DNA of 64,000 nt from an uncultured Verrucomicrobiae bacterium. Its GTDB lineage: Bacteria > Verrucomicrobiota > Verrucomicrobiia > Limisphaerales > Palsa-1400. The notes beneath the pieces are model-generated. The model did no database searches. It worked only from the letters and a program-made list of their open reading frames with translations, and was not told the DNA's origin. The stretch's first letter is position 1, and each line of letters begins with the position of its first letter. The stretch spans positions 1,184,001-1,248,000 of the forward strand of contig CAVXRD010000001.1 in NCBI GenBank assembly GCA_963764165.1, written 5' to 3'. Made by a program: the position numbers and the translations under genes. Shown piece by piece: positions 56,688-64,000 of this stretch.

Positions 56688-58370
56688 GAGACTGTCTTAA
56701 AACGTTTTAGTCTGGCCGATCTGGTTATATGGGCACCAATAGGGGCTGTGGAAACGGGTGTCAACTTTTAGTTGTCAGAGCGTGGCTGGCGTCAGCGATG
56801 ACGCCAAGCTTCCCTTTCCCTCCTTTTTTAGGCCGCCATCGCCAAATTTCCTTCAACCGCGGCGGTTTTGACTTCCATTTTCGGCGTCTGGACCCGGGCC
56901 TGCCACTTTTTATAGAGGATTCGCAGGTTCAAGGTGGCGCATAACAAGGCCCATTGGGCTTGCACGGCTTCCAGACCCCAAACTGTCCAACGCCGAAAGC
57001 CGTCGTGTTGCTTGAGCTGCCCAAACCGGCGTTCGATGATCTCTTTGCGCTTTCCATAAAGCGCGGCGGGTCCTGGCTCTTGCAGCCGGGCCCGCATGGC
57101 TTGCACCAGCGTGGTGTGCGGCCACACTTCGACTTGCCGCCCTTTGGGATCGCGGCTGCAGAGGGCGCGCACGGGACAGTCTCGGTGATGGCAGCGGAAG
57201 CGCTCAACGGTCTGGCCTTTCTTGGTGGTCTGGCCTTCGTGGTCCAGAAGGCGCTCTTGCGGGCAGGTGACGGTGTGGGCCGCCTCGTCATAATGAAAAT
57301 GCTGCGTCGCGTAGGCGTTGTCGTGGGCTGGCTTGCCCTCCGCCGGCGGGGCCAGCACATTCATCTGCTGTTCCACGGCCGCTTTCAAGTCGGCCCCGCC
57401 CCCATAGCCGGCGTCGGCGGCGGTGAGGGTTGGAATGGCCGCCGGACCGAGGTTTTGCCTCGCTTCTTCAATCATGGGGACCAGCTGGCCGGCGTCGGTT
57501 TCCTGGCGGGTGGCTTGACAGGCGACCATGATGCCCTCCTGGCTGTCGGCCACCGCCTGGGCGTTGTAGGCAAAGCGGTTGGTGTCGCCGACTTTCATCC
57601 GGCGCGCCTCCGGTTCGGCTGGATGGTAATGGTGGCGCCCGTCGGCCTGCAGCTGGGCCAGGCCTTTTTTGATTTCCTCGCGCAGGGCCTGGCGCTGGGC
57701 CAACCCGGCGGGCAGCCGGCAGCCCGGTGCGCTGGAATCCTGGTTCTCCGCCACGACTTTGAGCTCGATTTCCTCCAAGGCGCCATCCAGCTGGGCCAGG
57801 AGCTTCTCCATGTAAACCTTGCTCCAGCCCTGCGGCCCGCTGCAGGCGGCTTGAATCTTGGTGCCGTCCAACGCTTGCAAGGCAAATCCCACCGCCCCGG
57901 TGCGGAGGGCCAGCTGCACGGTTTGCTTGAAAACCTGGCGCAGGGCCTTTTTGTTTCCGTCCCAGAACCGCCAGAGGCTGTTGTGGTCGGGGGCGTTGAG
58001 CCCCGTCAGCCACAGCAGCGAGACATGCTCCGTGCAGGCGGTTTCCAGCTTGCGGGTGGAGCGAATGCGGTGGAAATAACCGTAAAGCCAAATCTTGAGC
58101 AGGAGGCTGGGGGCATAGGGCGGACGGCCTTCGGCGGCGGCGGGAATGACAAACCCAAGCTGGGGCAGATCCAACTGGTCGACAAATTCGCGCAGGAAGC
58201 GGGCGGGATGGTCGGCGGACACCCAGTCCTCCAGGGCGGGCGGGAGGAGGAACTGCTGTCCGTAATCAGGGGCAATCGGTTGAGCCATATTTGTTGAACG
58301 GCATTGTCAACTAAAGGCTCACATATTGTCAAATACATTCCTCAAAAAACAGAAGTTTTGAGACAATCTC
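56688..58370 (-). mobile_element. IS1182-family insertion sequence, 1683 bp
   Basis: TIRs gagactgtcttaaaac / gttttgagacaatctc (14/16); 4-bp TSD cgcc (56684-56687, 58371-58374). Confidence 0.93.
56828..58288 (-). CDS. IS1182-family DDE transposase
   Basis: QQFLLPP..DW...HPAR, GRPPYAP, YGY...STRKLE, PDHNSL, ALDGTKI, YNAQ, ADAGY, RKEIIERRFGQLK. Confidence 0.94.
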   Translation of the reverse strand: MAQPIAPDYGQQFLLPPALEDWVSADHPARFLREFVDQLDLPQLGFVIPAAAEGRPPYAPSLLLKIWLYGYFHRIRSTRKLETACTEHVSLLWLTGLNAPDHNSLWRFWDGNKKALRQVFKQTVQLALRTGAVGFALQALDGTKIQAACSGPQGWSKVYMEKLLAQLDGALEEIELKVVAENQDSSAPGCRLPAGLAQRQALREEIKKGLAQLQADGRHHYHPAEPEARRMKVGDTNRFAYNAQAVADSQEGIMVACQATRQETDAGQLVPMIEEARQNLGPAAIPTLTAADAGYGGGADLKAAVEQQMNVLAPPAEGKPAHDNAYATQHFHYDEAAHTVTCPQERLLDHEGQTTKKGQTVERFRCHHRDCPVRALCSRDPKGRQVEVWPHTTLVQAMRARLQEPGPAALYGKRKEIIERRFGQLKQHDGFRRWTVWGLEAVQAQWALLCATLNLRILYKKWQARVQTPKMEVKTAAVEGNLAMAA

Positions 58371-58531
58371 CGCCGAGGCGTCCGGGCCGCGGCGTGATTC
58401 GTGCGCAAACCCGTACGCCTCGGCGAGGCGTCCCTACCTTTTCTGAAGTGCCAAAATTGCCCGCTTGAAGTCGCATCGCGGATGGGGCAAATCGTGATAG
58501 TCGATTATTGCCAACCGAATTTTTAATTTTT

Positions 58532-59113
58532 ATGGGCGCCTTTATTGTTAACTTTCAAGTTCGATCTGATTCGCAGCCAGCGGTGCGTTCCGCCATGGAA
58601 AACCTCGCCACTAGCTCCGCCTACGTGTCGCAGCCAAAGAACGGCTGGATCACGGTTTATGACGAAGAGGCGGACTCGCAAGACAATGAGGTCATCTGCG
58701 GAATCGCCGAAGGCCTTTCACGGGCGGTGAACACGGACGTGTTCGGATTCCTGGTTCACGACAGTGACATTGCCGCCTACTGGCTCTTTACCTCTGGCAA
58801 GCTCGCCGATCAATTCAACTCCGCCCCGGATTATTTTGGTGATGTGAGCGACGAGGAGCGCGACGCCACCCGTGGCGACACCGACGCCCTGCTGGCTCTG
58901 TGCGTCCCGGGCACGACGGCCGAGATGGTCGATGCCGTGATCCATCCCGAAGCGGAGTTCCCCGCCATGGCCGACGAAATTCTTTTCTTCCTGGCCGGTC
59001 TTCTGGGAATCGAGGAAAATCGGATTGGCTTGAGCTTTGAGTATTTCGAGGATGACGGCGAGGGCATTCTCGGCGATGTGTCCGAATTTGAACGGGTTGA
59101 GGCGGACGTATAG
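58532..59113 (+). CDS. Acidic hypothetical protein
   Basis: MGAFIVNFQVRS...NGWITVYD...VHDSD...DQFNSAPDYF; no family confidently recognised. Confidence 0.7.
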   Translation: MGAFIVNFQVRSDSQPAVRSAMENLATSSAYVSQPKNGWITVYDEEADSQDNEVICGIAEGLSRAVNTDVFGFLVHDSDIAAYWLFTSGKLADQFNSAPDYFGDVSDEERDATRGDTDALLALCVPGTTAEMVDAVIHPEAEFPAMADEILFFLAGLLGIEENRIGLSFEYFEDDGEGILGDVSEFERVEADV

Positions 59114-59163
59114 CGATTCCGTTTGCGGTAGACTTCGACCAGTGGCGGGAGCAAATTTGGCGC

Positions 59164-60507
59164 ATGACCAATAGGACTTTTTCGATCTCGAGGCGCTCTT
59201 TTCTGAAGCGGACTTCTCTGGCTGGCGCGGCCGTGACGCTGCCTGCCTGGTTCGCCGAGGAACTGCTGGCTGACACTAAGAAAACTCCCAAATTTTCCGC
59301 CAATGACCGGCCCAATGTGGCTCTTGTCGGATGCGGCGGGATGGGGCGCGGCGACGCCGGCAATGCCAAGCGGTTCGGGACGATTGTCGCGGTGTGCGAT
59401 GTGGATTCCAGCCACGCGGCGGCGGCGGCGGAACAGTTTGCAGAGGGCGGAAAGAAGCCGCTCATTCTCGATGACGTCCGAAAAGTCGCGGAGCGCAAGG
59501 ATGTGGACGTCGTCATCAACGGCACTCCCGATCATTGGCATACGCTTGTCAACCTAACCGTGGCCAAAGCGGGAAAGGACATTTACTGCGAGAAGCCGCT
59601 GACGCTCACCATTGATGAAGGGCATCACGCCATCGCCGCCGTGCGGAAAAACAACATTGTCCTGCAGACCGGCACGCAGCAGCGGAGCAGCGCGCGATTC
59701 CGGCTGGCCTGCGAATTGGTGCGCAACCAGCGCATCGGCCAGTTGAAGCAGATCACCGTCTGGCTGCCGGCCGGATTGCGGCAGGGGCCGTTTGCCTCAG
59801 CGCCCGTGCCGCCGGAATTGAATTGGAATTTCTGGCAGGGCCAGGCGCCGAATGCCGATTATATCAAGGAGCGCTGCCACCAGACGTTCCGCTATTGGTA
59901 TGATTACGCGGGCGGCACAATGACGGATTGGGGCGCGCACCATAATGACATCGCGCGCTGGGCGGTGGGCGAGGACGGCCCCGTTTCGATTGAGAGCAAG
60001 GCGGACTCGCAGCCGATTCCCGGCGGCTACACGGCCATCAGCGATTACGAAGTCACCTTCACCTACGCCAGCGGCGTTCGCCATACGGCCAGGACAACCT
60101 CGGACGACAGCATTTACGGCGGCGTGGTGCGTGAGCAAGGCCAGCGCAACGGGATCCGTTTCGAGGGGACGAACGGCTGGATTTGGGTTAACCGCGAGGA
60201 AATTGAAGCCAGCGATGAAGCGCTGCTCAACACGCCATTGCCCGCCAGCGCGCTGCGCCTCTACAAAAGCGACGATCACATGGGCAACTTTTTTGATTGC
60301 GTGCGCTCGCGAAAACTTCCCGCTGCCGATGTCGAGACGGGGCATCGGTCCGCCTCGGTCTGCCACCTAGGCGCGCTCTCGCTTCGGCTTGGCCGCGCAT
60401 TGGAATGGAACCCGAAGCGCGAAAAATTCACCGGCGAAGGGGCGCACGAGGCGAACAAGATGCTGGCGCGCGAAATGCGAAAGCCTTTCGATTATCACTT
60501 TGGTTGA
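59164..60507 (+). CDS. Tat-exported Gfo/Idh/MocA oxidoreductase
   Basis: SRRSFLK Tat motif, VGCGGMG, TPDHWH, YCEKP, GTQQRS, DWGAHH. Confidence 0.93.
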   Translation: MTNRTFSISRRSFLKRTSLAGAAVTLPAWFAEELLADTKKTPKFSANDRPNVALVGCGGMGRGDAGNAKRFGTIVAVCDVDSSHAAAAAEQFAEGGKKPLILDDVRKVAERKDVDVVINGTPDHWHTLVNLTVAKAGKDIYCEKPLTLTIDEGHHAIAAVRKNNIVLQTGTQQRSSARFRLACELVRNQRIGQLKQITVWLPAGLRQGPFASAPVPPELNWNFWQGQAPNADYIKERCHQTFRYWYDYAGGTMTDWGAHHNDIARWAVGEDGPVSIESKADSQPIPGGYTAISDYEVTFTYASGVRHTARTTSDDSIYGGVVREQGQRNGIRFEGTNGWIWVNREEIEASDEALLNTPLPASALRLYKSDDHMGNFFDCVRSRKLPAADVETGHRSASVCHLGALSLRLGRALEWNPKREKFTGEGAHEANKMLAREMRKPFDYHFG

Positions 60508-60525
60508 GAGCCGCAATCTTTGGCC

Positions 60526-61047
60526 TCAAAAATCGCCGTCCACCAAGAGCGAAATGGCGTTCTGCGCCAAGTCGGCGGCCAGCAGCGGAATGGCCTGGCG
60601 CTCCTCGCTGCTCTGGTCGTTGCCGAGGCGGATGTAAGTGCGTCCGCTCACGTTGCGGTTGAGGTTGGTATGGCCGGTATTGATGTTGACAGCGACAACG
60701 TGGGCGCTCAGCACGAGGGCGTATGCCTGCGGAGTCAGGACGTTGTTGGGTTCGTAGCTCAGGCCGCTCCGGTCCAGTCTTATAATTTCACCCGTCAACA
60801 ATATATCTCCACGCCCGGAGGTCTCAAGCAGGTAAGAGCCATCGCGCTGAATTTCCCGCCGCATGGCGTTGGCCAGATATTCGCTGATGCGAGGATCTTT
60901 CGTCTTATTGACAAACGACCTTACCTCCACCGTGCGGCTGCCGGCGGGCAGCCCGTTGGTCGGCCCGAGCCGATAACCCGCGCAGCCAGCCAGGGCGGCC
61001 GCCAGGATGATGAATGGAAGCGCGCGCATCTGGCTTCGGAAAATCAT
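60526..61047 (-). CDS. lptE: LPS assembly lipoprotein LptE-like
   Basis: Lipobox LAGC-AGYRLG and FVNKT motif; follows bamD. Confidence 0.75.
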   Translation of the reverse strand: MIFRSQMRALPFIILAAALAGCAGYRLGPTNGLPAGSRTVEVRSFVNKTKDPRISEYLANAMRREIQRDGSYLLETSGRGDILLTGEIIRLDRSGLSYEPNNVLTPQAYALVLSAHVVAVNINTGHTNLNRNVSGRTYIRLGNDQSSEERQAIPLLAADLAQNAISLLVDGDF

Positions 61048-62084
61048 TTCGGAGCGGCGGGAGCAGGAGCCGGCTCCGGCGCATCTGTCAGCGCGTGGTT
61101 GCGCTTTTTCAGCAATTCGATGCGCTGCAGCGCCTCAGCGGCCAGGGGTGAACTGGGGCTCTTGCTCCTCACTTCGTTGTAATAAACCAAGGCGCCGGTC
61201 CATTGCTTCCGCTTTTCATAATATTCCGCCACCTTGAAATTTCCCGCCGCTTCCACGCTTTTGAGCTGCTCTATGATTCGCTGGGCCTCCGCCACGCGTG
61301 GGTCATTCGGAAACAGGGTCATGAAATCGGTGAACCCCGAAATTGCCTGCCCCGCCACGCTCTGGTCGTATTCGGCCCTGCGCGACTGCTTGTTATAGGC
61401 CATGGCGGCGTCATAGAGGGCGTTGGCGGCAACGTCCGGCTGGTCGCTGTAACGATCAGCGGCCAATTCATAAGCCCTCACTGCCAACGGATAATCTTTT
61501 TGCTTCTCGCGCGCCGCGCCGATGTACATTTGCGATTGCCAGCCGAGCGGCCCGTAAGGCCCGTAATTCACGATCTTCCCAAACATGGTCGCGGCCACCT
61601 CCATGGAGGAGAAAAATGGAATGTGGCCCCAAATCTTCCGCCATTCACCGTGGAGAAAGCGCAACGCGATCACGAATTGCCGATGCTGGACGTCTGGCGT
61701 GTCCGTGGATTTTGGATATTTTTCCAGCATCGTTTGATAGGCGTCAAAAGCGTATTCATCCTGTTTGCGCCCCTCGTAGCTGCGGGCGATGATATATTGG
61801 GCCTTGGGCGCATAGTCTGACAACGGCCAGATTTGAACGACGCGCTTGGCGGCTTTGAGCGACAGGCGGTACTTCTTGGCTGCGAAGGCGCCTTCGGCCA
61901 CCTCGAGTTGATCCTTGGCCCGGAGTTTGCGCCAATCGCTTTTCTTTCCAGGCACTTCGTAGGACCAGCCTTCGCCGGGCCGATAGATGAGCGGCGCGGG
62001 CGAGCGGAACGGCAGCGCCAGCAGAAGCAGCAGCAGCAAAATCAGCCGCCCGCCAAATCGGTTCATCTTTAACTTCATCGTCAT
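61044..62084 (-). CDS. bamD: Outer-membrane assembly factor BamD-like TPR protein
   Basis: TPR repeats, YDQS...AI..F..F...FP and VAEYYEK...ALVYY. Confidence 0.8.
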   Translation of the reverse strand: MTMKLKMNRFGGRLILLLLLLLALPFRSPAPLIYRPGEGWSYEVPGKKSDWRKLRAKDQLEVAEGAFAAKKYRLSLKAAKRVVQIWPLSDYAPKAQYIIARSYEGRKQDEYAFDAYQTMLEKYPKSTDTPDVQHRQFVIALRFLHGEWRKIWGHIPFFSSMEVAATMFGKIVNYGPYGPLGWQSQMYIGAAREKQKDYPLAVRAYELAADRYSDQPDVAANALYDAAMAYNKQSRRAEYDQSVAGQAISGFTDFMTLFPNDPRVAEAQRIIEQLKSVEAAGNFKVAEYYEKRKQWTGALVYYNEVRSKSPSSPLAAEALQRIELLKKRNHALTDAPEPAPAPAAPK

Positions 62085-62160
62085 TGCCGGTCACGATATG
62101 ACAGACGGAATGCTCAACGCAAGCGCGCTTCGCGTGACGCGCATAGCGCCTCCGCCGCAG

Positions 62161-63225
62161 TCACTTCTTCTGCATCTGCCCGACTTGCGCTTCGATCATT
62201 GAGCGCATGAAGGCCGCCTCGGATGGGCTGATGCCGCTTTTTTTTAAATTGACAGAGAAGGCGGGCAGCCACCTTTCTTCAACGGGTCGATAGTGCAATT
62301 CGTTGACAAGCCGGTTCTCCAAATTATCCATGTGGCCAGCGCCGTAAAAGACCGCGATGGACGCGCGCGGCGGAAGTTTCTGTCGCTCCACTTTCAAGTC
62401 ATTGAGAAGATTCTCGTTGCGCGCCTGGATCAAGACTTGGATCAGCTTCTTCCATTCCGGGGGAAGTCCCTGGACATCCGACATGTCGCCTTTCAACCGG
62501 CCGATGGCCTCGATCAAAGTCAATTTCGCGACGGCCTGCAATTGCGGACTGCTGGCCATGAGTTGCATTCCGAGCTTGAATAGCGAACCCAGAAACGAAG
62601 TGCCGTCCATGATTTGCAGCAAGGAATCGAAGGACGAACTTGCGCCGCCGCCCTTGCCAGCGCCGGGAGCCTCCGCCGGTTCGCCCTCGCTCATGATTTT
62701 TTGGATTTGGGCGACCGATAAATCGCTGTTGAGAAAATTGGTGCGGTCGTAATCGATCGCTTCCAATTGAAAAACCAAACCCAGCGATTGGGCGAGAGTC
62801 GACTGCATCGAATATCCGGCCTTCCCACCGTCCTTGGCGGGCGGTGGTTTCACTGGAGGCCCCGAGGGCGCGGCGGCATCGCCCACATGGCGGGGATGGC
62901 TTCCGGTATTGATGCCTTCAAAAAGAACAACTGTCTGGCTGTCAAGAAAAGTCTGGAGCCTTTGATAATACTCCGGCTCGCCAATATGCATGACGCCCGC
63001 GAGCCAAACCGCGGGTCCGCGCTCGGGCGGCGTGAATTTCCGCAGGGCGATTTGCAATTGGACCGTGTTGGAATCTGGATTGGCGATTCGCGTGTAAGGC
63101 TGCGCTGCTATGGGCGTCACCGGAAGCTTTGCGCAACCGCCGGCGATCAGCGCGGCCAACGCAGTCAAGAAGACAAAAGAAAATTTCCGCACGCTCCATC
63201 TTAGCCATTCGCGTGTCGGGGTCAA
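62161..63225 (-). CDS. Hypothetical lipoprotein (TraB/GumN-like motifs)
   Basis: Lipobox AGGC; HIGEPEYY, VLFEG, RNE and FYGAGHM motifs. Confidence 0.7.
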   Translation of the reverse strand: MTPTREWLRWSVRKFSFVFLTALAALIAGGCAKLPVTPIAAQPYTRIANPDSNTVQLQIALRKFTPPERGPAVWLAGVMHIGEPEYYQRLQTFLDSQTVVLFEGINTGSHPRHVGDAAAPSGPPVKPPPAKDGGKAGYSMQSTLAQSLGLVFQLEAIDYDRTNFLNSDLSVAQIQKIMSEGEPAEAPGAGKGGGASSSFDSLLQIMDGTSFLGSLFKLGMQLMASSPQLQAVAKLTLIEAIGRLKGDMSDVQGLPPEWKKLIQVLIQARNENLLNDLKVERQKLPPRASIAVFYGAGHMDNLENRLVNELHYRPVEERWLPAFSVNLKKSGISPSEAAFMRSMIEAQVGQMQKK

Positions 63226-63404
63226 ACCAGCGCTTTCGTGAGGCGAGCCGTCCCATTGGCTTTAACATAGGCGGCGACAACGAAAATTTGCCAGAAGTTT
63301 TAACAGAAGCTAAGGAAGGAAACGAAGGTGGAATAAATGGTCCGTCCGATGCGTTTCGTCTTCCTTCGTTGCCTTTGTTTCCTTCTGTTGGCTCTTTTGG
63401 CTTT

Positions 63405-64000
63405 TCATCGATTAGCCTCATTTCGTCGAGGAGTCCCCTGTTTGAGCTGTCCGTCCTGCAGTTCCACCCGCCGCCCCATCAGGCTGGCCAGGTCCAGGGC
63501 GTGCGTGGCCACGATCAGCGTGACGCGTTCCTCGCGATTCAATTCTGTCAACAATCGGGCCAATCCGTCCGCGGAAGCGCGATCCAGCGCGCCCGTTGGC
63601 TCGTCCGCCAAAAGAAGGCGCGGCTGGTTGATCAAGCTGCGCACGACCGCGACACGCTGGCGCTCGCCGCCGGAAAGCTGGCCGGGGCGGTGATCAAGGC
63701 GCGCGCCCAATCCAACGCGGTCCAGCAGCCGGCGCGCGCGTTCGGGCGCGCCCTTGCGCAAATCGGCATCCTTGCAGACCAGCGTCGGAACGAGCACGTT
63801 TTCCAGCACGGTGCATTGCGGGAGAAGGTGGTGGGCCTGAAAAACCATGCCAATGCGGCGGTTGCGGAAATCCGCCAGTTGGAATTCATTCAGGTGGGCC
63901 AAATCCTGGTCTTCCAACAGCACCTGCCCGGCGGAGGGCCGATCCAGCGTGCCGATGATGTTGAGCAGCGTGCTTTTGCCCGAACCTGAAGGCCCCAGCA
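63405..64000 (-). CDS. LolD-like ABC transporter ATP-binding protein (5' end outside window)
   Basis: The frame continues to the window edge with GPSGSGKSTLL; LSGGERQRVA and LADEPTGALD motifs. Confidence 0.9.
   Translation of the reverse strand, partial: LGPSGSGKSTLLNIIGTLDRPSAGQVLLEDQDLAHLNEFQLADFRNRRIGMVFQAHHLLPQCTVLENVLVPTLVCKDADLRKGAPERARRLLDRVGLGARLDHRPGQLSGGERQRVAVVRSLINQPRLLLADEPTGALDRASADGLARLLTELNREERVTLIVATHALDLASLMGRRVELQDGQLKQGTPRRNEANR

Larger units (their letters stand above)
56672..58437. repeat. REPIN family A doublet; first hairpin split by IS1182
   Basis: gtagggacgcct[cgcc]-IS-[cgcc]gaggcgtcc; partner arm at 58411-58437. Confidence 0.9.

Noticed and set aside
49802..58370. 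Composite transposon bounded by the two IS elements
   Set aside because: They belong to different families and each has its own complete TSD, so they are independent insertions.

Overview
GC-rich bacterial chromosomal segment. Gene content and repeat style suggest Verrucomicrobiota (Pedosphaera/Limisphaerales-like); this is an inference. Housekeeping genes: gatA (partial)-gatC, ptsH-hprK, cysI-cysH, stand-alone coaB, mcsA-mcsB-clpC, ilvE, bamD-lptE and a partial LolD-like ATPase. A complex I-like operon (nuoABCDIHJKLMMN) lacks nuoEFG, has two nuoM genes and shows an apparent ~26-aa insertion in the NuoL lateral helix (2M type). There is an MglA/MglB GTPase module with a large roadblock-domain partner, and four secreted repeat proteins that share a C-terminal W...(R/Q)F(Y/F) domain. 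The intergenic DNA holds several REP/REPIN families. An IS1182 and a 140-bp MITE with matching ends both sit at the same nucleotide of the same REP hairpin. An IS4-family element sits in the centre of a second palindrome family. A further MITE family carries a REPIN as cargo, and one copy is itself inserted in a third REP family. Phage-like orphans (a cI/cro-like divergent pair with an operator-like repeat, and a Mu gp27-like gene with phased 10-mers) are also present. No rRNA, tRNA, CRISPR array or reverse transcriptase was recognised.
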